This document shows, in pieces, positions 50,637 through 64,000 of a stretch of DNA of 64,000 nucleotides. Position numbers and translations under genes: made by a program. The notes under the pieces were generated by a model. The model was not told the origin of the DNA. It saw only the letters and a list, made by a program, of their open reading frames with translations, and made no database searches. Source of the DNA: Octopus sinensis (lineage: Eukaryota); NCBI RefSeq assembly GCF_006345805.1, contig NC_043011.1:64430464-64494463 (forward strand), read 5' to 3'. Numbering within the stretch: position 1 is the first letter of the stretch; each line of letters starts with the position of its first letter.

Positions 50637-52080
50637 CAGTTCACGTTGTTACTTATAGCTACAAAGTGTTGAACTGGAATATGAGTGAAGTAAAAATTAT
50701 AGATAGGAAAATACGCAAGCTGCTGAGTTGTAAAAGGATGCACCACCTTAAGGCAGACGTAGATCGCCTTTACCTTCCCAGAGCCCAAGGAGGTCGAGGA
50801 CTGATCCAATTTGAACTAGCTTACAAAACATCCACATTTGGACTGGCCAAATATCTTGAAATAACGAATGACTGGAATTTTAAAACTCGTGGAAAATCAC
50901 GAGAGACGAAAGAAAATTCATTCTATCATAAAGGAAAGCAAAAAATTTGCTACTGATCTCATGCAGGATACCCAAACTGAACAACCCGAGGGAAGTACGG
51001 CATCTATTGTTGCAAAGAAGGTGAATAAAATGGCAACGAAAAAAACCGCACGAGCAATAGGCTGATAGGTGGGAGGAGAAACCTCTGCACGGCAAATATG
51101 TGGCCCGCAGCAAACAAGCTGATGTTGACCAGAAGCAAACTCATCAGTGGCTACGGAGCTCAGGGCTAAAAGCTGAGAGCGAAGGTTTCATCCTGGCTGC
51201 TCAAGATCAAATCGTATTAACCCGGAACTACCAGGCCAGTGTGATGAAAAATGGAGCAGACCCAAAATGCCGATTCTGCAACGACATGATTGAAACAGTG
51301 GACCAACTGATCTCTGGATGTAAAGTCTTAGCACCAGTGGAGTATAAATTAAGACATGACAAAGTTGGCCAATATCTACACTGGCTAATAAGTCGGCATT
51401 ACAACATCAAAACTGACGACAAGTGGTATAATCACCACCCTGAAGCTGTAACTGAAGGAGAAAATGTAACGATTCTGTGGGACTTTCCAGTCCATACAGA
51501 CCGAACAATCACAGCCAATAAACCGGATATTGTTGTGAAAGACCAAAACAATAAAGATTGCTTATTGACCGACATGAGCATCCCCTGTGATCATAATATC
51601 TCGGTGAAAGAGTTTGACAAGCTCAGAAAATATAAAGACCTCCACATTGAAATTGAGAAAATGTGGCATCTCAATGCGGTTACAATACCAGTGATCGTAG
51701 GAGCACTAGGAATGATCAAGAAGGGAACCGAAAATTATATGAGAATGATCCCTGGCTTACCATCCCTGCAAAAAGTGCATCACACGTACTGCAAAAACTG
51801 GTACATCACACGTACTGAGAAGAGCCTTGTTGATGTGAGAACTATTACTACTCATATATTTTAATTTTACTTTATTTTTACATTAAAAAAATGAACGAAC
51901 AAGTGAGCTTTGTCGGTGTGAGAAATATAACTACCCATGTATTTTAATTTAACTTTAAAAAAAAATGAACGAAGTAGTGAGTTTAGTTTCATGGCCTACA
52001 AATGTATACAATGGGTTTCTTTGTCCTAGGAGTCGGGAAACAGCAAGAAATGGAAGCAGATTTGAAAGAAGAAAAAAAAA
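50636..52080 (+). mobile_element. 5'-truncated R4/Dong-type LINE (subfamily B)
   Basis: HHLKADVDRLYLPRAQGGRG, KAESEGFILAAQDQ, CRFCNDMIETVDQLISGC and KPDIVV motifs; B-type 3' UTR. Confidence 0.95.
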
Positions 52081-52089
52081 ATTAATAAA

Positions 52090-52144
<55 letters not shown>

Positions 52145-52154
52145 GTAATAATAT

Positions 52155-54094
52155 AGTATGGCATGGATCGACTACAGAAATGCGTTTGATAGCAATCCCC
52201 AAAATGAATCATCGAAACACTAGCCATTAACAAAGTAGCACCAACAATTTTAAAATTCATAGGGCACTCTATGAATAAATGGCAAACAGTGCTACAGCTC
52301 CAAACAAAAGAGGGACTCATGAAAACCAAAGCCATCCCCAATAGAAAAGGAATATTCCAGAGAGACACGCTCTCTCCACTCCCTTTCTGCTTGGCACTGT
52401 CACCTCTATCCGATATGCTAAATAGAACTGGATGCGGATATAAATGTTACGTCAAAACGATCAGCCAACATTTATATATGGATGACCTAAAACTCTACGC
52501 TGCAAATGACAAACAGCTGGAAACACTATTAAAGACAGTTCATGGATTTACCAAAGAAATAGATATGAAATTTGGGTTAGAGAAATGCGCCAAAGAAACC
52601 CTGAAAAGAAGAAAACTAGTTAAGAGTAGCAACATCACACTAGATAAAACCAATGAAATAAAAGAATTAGACCAAAGCCAAACTTACAAATACTTAGGAA
52701 TCCATGAACTAGATAAGACACAACACACAAAAATGAAATAAAAAATAAAAACAAGAATGTTATAGAAGAGTTAGATCAATACAAAAATCAGAGCTCAATG
52801 CTAAAAACAAGATAATAGGTATCAACACTTTAGCCGTCCCAGTTATAAGTTACAGCTACAATATCCTTAACTGGCCTTCAAATGATCTGACCAAAATAGA
52901 TAGGAAAACAGGAAAAATAATGACGGGATCTAGGATGCATCACCCAAAATCTGACGCAGAAATAGTATATATACAACGTTTAGGTGGTAGATGCATTATA
53001 CAGCTCGAAAACTACTATAAAATAATATAAAATAAAACTGATACAAATAGCGGCAAAACACGAGAAATCACAAAAATGTTCTCGGTTTTACGGAAGCTGA
53101 CAAAAACAAACAAGAATTCATACCACCTAACAAATATGAGGAAAAGAAGAATAAATGAAGAAACAACAAAAGCTATAAAACAAAGGAAATCCAAACTAAA
53201 TACAGAACACCAAAGAACCATTATAAATCGATTGCAAGAAATGCCCTTTCATGGCAAATAGTGGACTAAAGGAAACGCAAAAGAAATAGACAACGAAAAA
53301 TCCCAACAATGGTTGAGAAGCCCAGGACGTAAAGCAGAGACAGAGGGATTTTTAATTGCAGCACAAGACCAAAGCCTCCCCACTAGAAATTTCTAAAAAC
53401 ATGTAATGAAAAGAAATAAAGCTTGTAACTCCAGAATATGTGGAGATGGACAAGAAAAATTAAATCAAATTATCTCCGGCTGCCCAGTCCTGGCTAAGAT
53501 GGAATATATTCACATACACGACAGAGTTGGAACCTACATACACTGGAAGCTATGCCAACATTATGGAATAACAACAGAAAAATCATGGTATAGGCACACA
53601 CCAGAAAAGGTCATAGAAAATGAGAAAGCAACCATACTCTGGGATATGCCGATACACACAAATAGAGAAATTAAGGCAAACGGACCAGATATAGTTGTCA
53701 GAGACCATGAAGGAAAAAAATTCTTTCTAATTGATGTATCAATACCGGCAAATGAAAACGTGTCTCTAAAAGAAATGGAGAAACTCTCAAAATACAAAGA
53801 CCTGGAAATAGAGGTAACCAGAATATGGAATCTAAAAACTGAAACAATTCCTATCATAGTATGTACATTAGGCATGATAACAAATATTCAGACAAATATA
53901 TAACAAAAACACCAGGACTTATAAACACATATAACATACATACAATTGCACTACTAGGCACTGCACACATCCTACGCAGAACACTTTCCATACAATAACC
54001 ATCAGAGCATCACAACAAATCACAGCACATACCCATGACACACAGAGCTGCGCTCGGTAGTGAAGTGAATGCATGCTATAAAAATAAAACTGCT
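52155..54094 (+). mobile_element. 5'-truncated R4/Dong-type LINE (subfamily D)
   Basis: AWIDYRNAFDS, GIFQRDTLSP, YMDDLKL, YKYLG, AAQDQ and GPDIVV...FLIDVSIP motifs; D-type 3' UTR then AAT. Confidence 0.95.
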
Positions 54095-54129
54095 GTATAT
54101 TATTATTAATAATAATAATAATAATAATA

Positions 54130-54220
<91 letters not shown>

Positions 54221-54258
54221 TATAATGATAATAATATTAATAACAATAATAATTATAA

Positions 54259-54675
54259 TAAAAACTGGTGGGAACACAAATTACCTCCAGTGCTTGAAAA
54301 TTTCCACGCCTGACTTTTCTTGAACTTCACCCATTTAAACTGACAGAGAGATTGTTTCAAATAGGCCAGATCTCATAGTGAAAGAAGTCAGACAAAAAAA
54401 ACTCCTCCTTGAAACGATTTCCTAATCGATATAAACGTATCTGTCATGACCTACCAAATACTGAGCAAATGTAACGATCTTGAATTAGAAATTAGCAAAA
54501 TGTAGAAGCTCATGACTAGAACAATGCCTATTGTCATAGGTTCCCAAACTTAGCAATGGGGCTGATTGCTACCTGGCTCAGATACCAGAAAACCCCAAAA
54601 TGGCAGAAATTGAAAAGATAGTGCCCATGGAATCTGCCCATATCCTACGCAATATACATTCTATGTAATCTCAAC
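54259..54675 (+). mobile_element. Degraded 3' fragment of an R4/Dong-type LINE (subfamily A)
   Basis: Diverged match to 63340-63760. Confidence 0.88.
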
Positions 54676-55269
54676 TTCATTAAGAGAAATCTACATAACT
54701 TTCTTATAGTTTCTTTAGTATTCTCTTGTACAACACCAGTTACAAAATCAAATAGATGGCTTTCTAGGCATGGAGGATCAATCTTTGTATTTATCGAGCA
54801 TCTTCACTGTGCTGCATCTTACAGGGAGCATTCATTGTTACATAAATAATTGATAAATTAGGCACAATGTTGAGGGAAGTTGATAGCGGATAACATTACA
54901 AATTTACTACTACGTCATCATCGACCACCAAATTAAAACAAACCAAGATTGTCCTTGCAGATATTGAAATCTGACGGAAAGAAAATCGGACAAAATGCTG
55001 CCAAGCACTTTTGCCTAGCATGCAAACTATTCCCCGCCCTTCATAGCAGAAATAATACCAGCTATTTATAAAGTGAAAATTCTTTGATCGACACTGTTAG
55101 ACTACATAAAAAATATCCACAGAATGTACAATATTGGCAGCTGTTTTGAAAAGGTATTGTATATAACATATATTGTGATTTAATATTAAATACGTTAAAA
55201 ATTATATATGAAATATTTTAGATATATCACATTTTAACATTTTCTGGCAATCTCCTATTTTTCTTTTAG

Positions 55270-55451
55270 TAGATTAAAAGGTTTCGCGGGTTGTTACATG
55301 AGGAGAGTGTCTTCGTGTGCGTCAAAGATTAAAATATCTCAGAATCAACTTTGGAATATATTGCGAGTAAAGGATTACATCGCTTGTTACCAAGGCAAAG
55401 ATTCTCAGTGTGTTTCAGCGCTCAGACATATTGCTTACAAACGTCTCTGTG
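55270..55451 (+). CDS. Candidate internal coding exon, Cys-rich (RLKGFAGCYMRRVSSC...ACYQGKDSQCVSALRHIAYKRLC)
   Basis: Pyrimidine tract and TAG acceptor at 55268-55269, 60 open codons, GTATGA donor at 55452, GC above the flanks. No family recognised. Confidence 0.35.
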
Positions 55452-56204
55452 GTATGACATTTTAATTAGTTACAATATAATTTCGAGAAATGTTGTATAA
55501 GATGGAATCTCATGCAGAAATAACAATAACACTGGGAAAGTTTTCAATAAGTGTAAATATCAGCTGAAAGTAAAATCATATTTAAGATTACTTACGCAGT
55601 TAGCCATTAGAATAATCACAGTAACTGAACTTATCATTACAGTTTTATGAAGTAATTGTCATTAAGCGATAATGTAACAAATTCTCGCATTAGGCATTTG
55701 AAATTTAATAAGGCATTGTTTGGAAAGCCAGTCCTCAGCTAATAATCGAAAACTAACGGAACCCCAAACATTCTATTAAATCTAGCATTTAGGAATAAAC
55801 TGAAACACTATTCTCCGTTGGGTGTATGGATGTTACGTTCTGGTGGGAAGTGATGGAATGCCGCGTCAGCTGATAACCTTGTGTGTCACGTAAGGATTTT
55901 ATATATTTTATATCTATATAAGGATTCGTTTTTTTGTTTGTCAGTTTCACAACACATCAAATATTTGAGTTTTATGTTGAAAACGAAGAAATTTCAAGAG
56001 CACTCCACGCAATACATAATCCAAAAAACCTATCTAGAATTAAGTAATATCAGTGAAATATTACATCGATCTCATTCTAATTGTGTTGTATTAAGACTCT
56101 GACACCGACTTCCAAACACATCATGAAGACTACAATATCAGACGAATAATAGAATATATCTACTTACAGTGCTTCTTTATGTATGTTTGTGTTTGTAAGT
56201 AATA

Positions 56205-56399
56205 TATATAGTTGAAATTTACAGAAAAACGAAAGGCGAAGAGGGGTGTATAAACAGGAAGCAGTTGTCTTAGTTTGATACTACGGAAGGAGAGAAAGGC
56301 TTTAGCGGCGGTGATGGCAGTCAATCTTGGCTGTATATATATATATGTGTCTGTGGGTGTGTGTATGTGTGTTTATACATACATACATAAATATATATA

Positions 56400-56474
<75 letters not shown>

Positions 56475-56600
56475 GGAGAGTTTACGAAAAAAACTAAAAG
56501 GCGAAGATAGGTGGTGTACAGAACAAACCGATGTATTAGCATGACGCTCAGGAATAGAAGTCTTTTTCGTTTCGAGCCTACGCTTTCCTACAGAAAGAGA
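56205..56600 (+). repeat. Two copies of a short dispersed repeat also at ~541-670 and ~59420-59540
   Basis: Shared GAAATTTACAGAAAAAC...GGTG...TTTTACG/CGTTTCGAGCCT.CG motifs. Confidence 0.7.
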
Positions 56601-57219
56601 CACACAAAAAACAAGGACAGAAACAAGGGAAGAAAAATATGTGTCGTGGCTAACAATCTCTCATGGCAGGCCGTTCCAAAAGATTCTATATTATTTCGTA
56701 ATCTAATGACTTTGTTATTTCTTGTACAAATGACTTCATATGTTAACAGCATCGGTAAAAATAGGTCAAAATATTATGGTTAATGTTTGATATGTTTTTA
56801 AGTATAGGAATTGCATTCACTATAACTGATAATGATATTTGTGTGTTGGAATATGGTCGACCACAGTCGAACAAGACTGTGCAGTTTACTTTGATGATGG
56901 ATTTCACTAAAAGGTCGCCAACGGCAAAGCGGTTTTGGACTTGGCTCAAAAACTTCAAAAGCTAAGATTGTCTGTGCAGTTTTTGGGAGGAGGTACACTA
57001 CCGCCATGGCGTGTGCCCTTCCATAGGCGTTGCGAATATTGGACATTTGTGAAATTCCTCATGGAATCCACGTACATTTGAATTCCTGATACAATTTTTG
57101 CAGGAATACGTCAATGCTGACCAAATTTAAACCTGTTTAGTTTCAATTTCTTTTGGCTATGTAATTTCTGTGATGTTTATATCTCAAAAGATATCAAAGA
57201 TCTTGGAAGTAAAGCACTG

Positions 57220-57275
<56 letters not shown>

Positions 57276-57280
<5 letters not shown>

Positions 57281-57620
57281 GTGTGAGTGATCATTCAAAA
57301 TTATTTCCTTACACACATCCAATTATTGCAGGAAACGGGACTTGTACAATTATAATCATACATGTCTCTACATGTCACCTTGTAGAGACCTATGACCAGT
57401 TTTCCACAAATCTACTTTTGCGGCTGTTGAAGTGACGAAAATGTTATAATGACGGTAGAAAAATCTAGATCATCAACCTTCTTACACCTAAAGATATATT
57501 CTCTAAGAAATAGAAGTTTATGGTGAAAATGCTCTATCGTAAGACGTAGTGAGGCACTGGCATCACCTTTTCCAGTTTGGTGAGAAATCAGTTGAATCTA
57601 CAGTGATTCCTGGACAACCA
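57276..57620 (+). mobile_element. Tc1/mariner relic (5' end and N-terminal HTH fragment)
   Basis: TA-flanked start. LTPKDI...EVYGENALS*DVVRHW...F(Q)FGEKSVE...PGQP resembles the mariner N-terminal VYGE..LS...V..W...F..GR.S.ED..RSGRP. Confidence 0.6.
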
Positions 57621-58005
57621 TATACAACCACATGTGACGACACCATTACTAAAATGGAAGATACCATTTCTGAAGTATTGGCGACTTAATTCTCGGGAAT
57701 TCCTCTAAGAAGTTTTCATAAATGTAAGAATGTAGGATCCATGGAAAACTGATCACGGCCATTTGCATTTGCGGAAGGCGCCTACATGATGGATTACCCT
57801 GATACTGATATGTGTATATATACATATAGATATATTTACGTACAAACACGCACACACACACACACACACTCAAACACACACACATATATATATATTCGCT
57901 CCAACATTCGAAACTCGATTACTTTGACCATATAATTTTTTTTATTTTCTCAAATAAAAACATATATATATATACGTATATACGTATACACACACACATA
58001 TATAG

Positions 58006-58085
<80 letters not shown>

Positions 58086-58610
58086 ATTTATTTGTGTGTC
58101 CTGTGACACACAAATATCTAAGGTATATTTCTCTTTTCCCTTACTTTTATAATAACTTCATACCATATTATTTCTTTTTCTGCAGGACCTCACTGGGATG
58201 AAAATAACAATCTACGACTGAGCCACTGTACCTTCAGTTTATGTGTATGGTTTCAATGAATACCATTAGAGTAACACAGCTAAAATATCACATTGCTTTT
58301 CGGTTAATACTGCCTATAATATCACAATAAAGCAGAGATGTATCTCTTTAATAATCCTCGCACTGGCGACTAGAACTTCGCCTTTGTAAGGCTGATGGTA
58401 AATATATTTAAAACGAATCCTAATTTACTGAGCAATATCATGGCAGATCTTAATGCAAATTTGTGGAGACTATCCAGTAGGCAATAAAAAACGATTTCGT
58501 TACTAAAACATTCATATGACTATTATTACATTTTATGTGTTCATACATTACATACATCACTGCAAATCCCGCTCGCACGCATATATATACACACACACAT
58601 ACACACACTC

Positions 58611-58675
<65 letters not shown>

Positions 58676-58875
58676 ATAAAAAGAGGCTGGCATGCGTTGT
58701 ACACTGAAAATTATCAAAACAACGTTTAACAGCAACGCCGGATAACAATCAATATCCACAAAAACTAAATTACGAATACTTATTTCTTTATTGCCCACAG
58801 GATATTAAACAAAGATACGACAAACAAGGACCCAGAAAGGGATTAAGACAATTACATAGACCACAGCAGTTAAAA

Positions 58876-58975
58876 GGTACTTCTTTATTCGTCCCCGAAA
58901 TGATAAATTTCAAAGTCGACTCCGGCGGAATTTGAACTCACAACGTAACAGTAGACGTAATACCACTAGGCATAA
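58876..58975 (-). mobile_element. SINE fragment (tRNA-like B-box region)
   Basis: Minus strand GAGTTCAAATTCCGCC-GAGTCGACTTTG...TTTCGGGGAC...AAGTACC. Confidence 0.7.
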
Positions 58976-59205
58976 CAAATATTGCCTGAGTGTAAACAGA
59001 ATCGGGACAGAAGAATGAGCGAATTACATTCAGGTTCTGAATATCATTTTCAATTAAGTAGATATATTGCAATTACCACAATTTTTCAAATTATCTGCGT
59101 TAGAATTACCTCTTTTACTTTAACCGATATTCTCACATGTATGTATAAACGCACACACATATATAATGCATATACATATATATATATGTATATATATATA
59201 ATATC

Positions 59206-59249
<44 letters not shown>

Positions 59250-59263
59250 ATATATATATATAT

Positions 59264-59312
<49 letters not shown>

Positions 59313-59399
59313 GCTTATATGTGTGGGGGTTGTATGTATATATCTATATATTTGTATATAAGTATATGTACGTGTATGTATATGTAAATATAATCGTAT

Positions 59400-62152
59400 A
59401 TATCTGTTTGTTTATGTGTGTGTGAAATTTACTGAAAAACAAATGATAAAGACAAGTGTATAGACAGCAGAAAGGTATATTCGTTTTAACTTCGGCAAAG
59501 CGAGGAAATCTTTTACGTTTTTATCATACGTTCTTCGAGATAGTAGTTAATCAGATACATCCTCATAGACATACGTCTATAAAATTATCTGCAAAAATTT
59601 CATGAAGCATTTACCATGATTAGAGAAAATACAATCTCATACTAATGAAAAACCTTTCAAAATCTATTAACCGATTGTTAATAACTCCCTATGGGATACT
59701 TCATATATATTATTTTATATCCAGTGAGTATTTGGGGGTTAAGTGTTTTCATTTGTCGAATTTTTAAAGCACAGATATATTAGGGCTAAAACATACTACG
59801 GATATTGTATAAGTATTCCCTGAATGCTCTGCTTGACATAGCGGATGTCTACTCGTACCCAACAAACGTATCAATGACAAGCTCCAAACTCGTGTTTAAA
59901 ACCTTGCCCGAAAATTATTATCTGCATTCAGCTGAGTTATAGGCCAAACATTTTCAATTCTGTACCACTTGTACGGGTTTTTCCATAACAACACCACCAC
60001 TAATCGGCTCACAGCACTGTGAATTCCCCCCCTTTGCTGACAGTTGTAGTAGACATCGGCCAACAGACTACAAAGTCTCGCCTATCAGAATAAAGTTCAA
60101 ATAGTTGACCATTCTGCTTCAGAGACATCTTTCTTATGTAGCTGGTCCTCGCAAACCGTAAATCGTCGACTGTTGTCGGCATTTAGCAGAACTCCGTATC
60201 CATAGCTGTTAGGAGTTGTATGCCAGTAACATAGGAGGTGAAATCCACCACCGTCCAAGAACCACAGAATGCCCCGTACCATTAAACTAATTGCCACTGT
60301 AATTCCGCACAATTCTACTTCGTCCCGATTATTATGAGCTCGTGACAGCTTTTCAAATCCTGACCTGACGTTTTGTTTCCACATAGAACCGCTGCTATCA
60401 AACGGAATTTGGTCTATCCCGTTTAAGCATTCGCGCACTAGCTTTGACACCGTAACCTTCGTGATAGTTATTGAAGAATAGGTCAAGAGCCGATCTCACC
60501 GTTAGTATGTTAAACGGTATGCTTTTCCTAAGGGCCACTTCCGGAATCCTAACTAGGTCTACCTCTATCCTACATTTCTCTTATTCTATTTCCTTACTAA
60601 TAACTACCGCCTGTACTGTAATAGACTTCCTCGTGGCTATCTACCAACGAGAGAACCCGTAGACTCACGATGGAATGCTTTGCTAATAGGGTCTCTGAAA
60701 ACTTGGTACACCGGAAGAGAAGCATTCAGCTTCCTGTATCCAGGAGCATGTCTATTTATCCAAATATATATAACGATCGTATATTTAAAAAATTTCGAAC
60801 CTTGTAGACGATGATTTTGAAAATGGAACACTTATACTACTTCTATTTATAGGCCAACGAAATAGTCTGTCTAGATAAGATCTGTATAATAAGATGCAGT
60901 TTATTCATATCCAAATCGGCGCATTCAGGTAATCCAGTCGGTACCTGGAAGCAAACTAGAAGTGACCCAGCAAGATTGTGAGAATTTTATTCCCACCTCT
61001 TCTACCGTATTTACAGTGAATCTTAATAAAAGGAAATTGCAAGTGACATAGATTATTTTGGTAGGGGAAATGAAACACCCACACGTAATTTTAGCAAGCG
61101 AAGTACATTATTTGACTGAATTCTCTCAGTGATTAACTAGCTCAGAAATGTCGCTGGCACTTCAAAAGTTTTACTTAAAAATTACCAGCAGGTTTCGGAA
61201 TTTAATCTTGTTCCAAACATATATTTCAGTCGCCTCATGTAGATTTTAGACGGAATAAAAATATAAGAGAAGTATTAACCTCTATTTCTGACTACGCGAA
61301 AACTAACATTGGAGTGTCTGTATGCTGTACACTAAAAAATTGACACAAGAGAAGACAGCCCTGCTCATTGTGGAGCAATATGTGATTAGTCGATTCCGTC
61401 AGGAAACATAGCAGAAATGTTACGATTTGAATGGTGCGTGGAACCTGTAAAATATCACATTTGGAGTACTCAGAAGAATGCATAATACAAAACTTGAGTC
61501 CTATTGTTTAAGCAATAGAACAATTAAACTAAACATTTAATTGGAAACATATGAGAGGCCAAATACAATAACAGTAGTACAATATTTTGGATCAAACGGG
61601 GGTAAATTTGAAGGAGAATTGTAAGTGCATATTCTCAGAAAATATTCTTAATCTGTTATACATTCAGTCCTCAAAATGCAGGAAGAGAAATAAATTTGTG
61701 AGATATTAACACGACGCCCTGGAGACATGAATAAAATGACAGTAGAATTTCCTCATATTTAAAAAACAAAACAAATTATTTGTTTGCGTAATCTTTCTCT
61801 TCGTGTTGTTATTTCTTTTCGTGTTTGTCTCTTTCGGTGTTTTTCTTTTTGCTTTTTTAAAACTTTAAACTTTGAAGACTGATTATTTCATTGTATCAAC
61901 GTGGAAACGCTGGTTGCTTCGTTCAAATTTTGGATACGAATTCCTATAATTTTGAATTTCTATTTGTCACTTTTCATTTGGAACTCGACAAGGATTGTCT
62001 AATTGTCGAAGTATTGTTCAACCAATAAAACCTCTGATACAGTCGCATCGTGACCATCGTATTGTCTACATACGTTTGTATGATTAGTTATGACAAATCT
62101 TTTAAAATATATTCATGACATTGATGGCGATGGAAATAATTATATTAATAAA

Positions 62153-62188
<36 letters not shown>

Positions 62189-62264
62189 TATAATACTAAT
62201 ACTAATAATAATCAATAATAATAATAACAATAAAAATGATAATAATAATTATAATAATAATAAC

Positions 62265-62305
<41 letters not shown>

Positions 62306-62376
62306 TATTAATAATAACAATAAAAATAATAATAATAATAATAATAAAAAATAATAATAATAATAATAATAATAAC

Positions 62377-62417
<41 letters not shown>

Positions 62418-62424
62418 AGAAGAA

Positions 62425-62455
<31 letters not shown>

Positions 62456-63931
62456 AGAAGAAGAGAAGAAGAAGAAGAAGAAGAAGAAGAAGAAGAAGAA
62501 GAAGAAGAAGAAGAAGAAGAAGAAGAGAATAAGAGAGAGAGAAGAAGAAGAAGAAGAAGAAGAAGAAGAAGAAGAAGAAGAAGAAGAAGAAGAAGAGAAG
62601 AAGAAGAAGAGAAGAAGAAGAAGAAGAAGAACGAAAACTGTTGACAATGCATAGAATGCACCACCCTAAGGCAGATACAGAACGACTTTATCCGCCAAGA
62701 AAACAGGGAGGCCGTTGAATTTTACAACTGGCAATAACAATGAAGATTGCTACAATTGGGCTAGACACCTATCTGATAAAGTCTGAGGACTGGATGTTAA
62801 AACTTGTCTCAAGACATGAAAACAAGAAAGCATCATACTTAGTAACAAAACAGGCAAATGAATATCTAAGTGAATTCCGAATACAACAAATTCTGAAATT
62901 AGAGATTGACATACATGAAACAAGCACAGAAAAAGCTAAGCGCATGAAAACCCGTGCTAAATCTGCGGCCTTAGTTTTTTCTGAATGATAAATGGCAAGA
63001 AAATCCTCTCTATGGCAAATACCCAAAGTGAGCGAATAATACACATGTTGATAAAGCCTTGACCCAGCAGTGGCTAATGGCCTCTGGCTTAAAATCCGAA
63101 ACAGATTTGTTTATCATAGCAGCTCAAGATCAATGCCTACCAACAAGAAACTACCAGGCCAACATATTAAAAATCGGCAGTAGCCCAAAGTGTCGTGTAT
63201 GCCAGCAACAAAATGAAACCATTAAACATGTGGTCTGCATGTGCATTCTTCTAGTGTCTTCAGAGTATCTCAACAGGCATGATAGAGCTGCACAAAATAT
63301 TCACTGGGTAATCTGCAAAAACCTGGATTTGCCCCATGATAAAAACTGGTGGGGACACAAATCACCCCCAGTGCTTGAAAATGACCACATCTCACTCCTT
63401 TTGAACTTCACCATTCAAACTGACAGAAAGATAGATGCAAAGAGGCCAGACATCATATTGAAAGACATCAAACAAAGAACATGCCTCCTCATCGATATGA
63501 CTGTCCCAATCGATATAAACGTATCTGTCAAGACCTACCAAAAACTGAGCAAATATGAAGATCTTGAAATAGAAATAAGAAAAATATGGAACCTAAAGAC
63601 TAGAACAACACCTGTTGTCATAGGTGCCCTGGGAATGATAGCAAAAGGGGCTGATTGCTACCTAACTCAGATACCAGGAAACCCCAAAATGGCAGAAATT
63701 CAAAAGATAGTGCTCATGGGAACTGCTCATATCCTAACCAAAATACATTCTATGTAATCTCAAGGTTTAAAACAAACATTTTTTGTATACATGCACTAGT
63801 ACAACACGAAAAACAACCAAATATGTGGCACACTAGGCATCACAACAACTTGAATTTGCAACCTGTTGTCTCTTGAGGTCTCTGGGTGAGACTTGGAGCC
63901 AACTTGTACAAATACAAAGCGAAAGCCAAAC

Positions 63932-63935
<4 letters not shown>
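59400..63935 (+). repeat. Segmental duplicate, copy 2 (paralog of 530-5436)
   Basis: See copy 1. Lacks 992-2248; has extra ~230 bp (60615-60845) and ~380 bp (61250-61628). Confidence 0.9.
62631..63935 (+). mobile_element. 5'-truncated R4/Dong-type LINE (subfamily A)
   Basis: HHPKADTERL, AAQDQ, CRVCQQQNETIKHVVCMC and RPDII motifs; A-type 3' UTR then (AAT)n; preceded by (AAT)n then (GAA)n. Confidence 0.95.
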
Positions 63936-63993
<58 letters not shown>

Positions 63994-64000
63994 GTAATAA

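Overview
AT-rich, microsatellite-dense animal genomic DNA. The SINE and LINE repertoire suggests a cephalopod (Octopus-like) genome; this is inference from recalled repeat families. There is no intact multi-exon host gene, rRNA, tRNA or CRISPR array. About a quarter of the window is 14 fragments of restriction-like-endonuclease non-LTR retrotransposons (R4/Dong type), from at least four subfamilies. All are on the + strand and nearly all abut (AAT)n tracts. A full-length 3.9 kb RTE/BovB-like LINE (10417-14305, 11 bp TSD) is nested in an older RTE and begins exactly at a well-formed HDV-like ribozyme fold. Also present: CR1-like and L2-like LINEs, a tRNA-derived SINE sharing its 3' tail with the CR1-like LINE, two Penelope-like elements with long terminal inverted repeats, a mariner relic, and an RTE 3' end with three C2H2 fingers. 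A ~4.5-5 kb diverged duplication links the two ends of the window and contains an unidentified decayed coding-like segment. A ~2.9 kb duplication around a 100-N gap is probably an assembly artefact. Candidate exons of a secreted protein gene include a signal-peptide exon at 18687-18729. All alignments, identities and folds were judged by eye.
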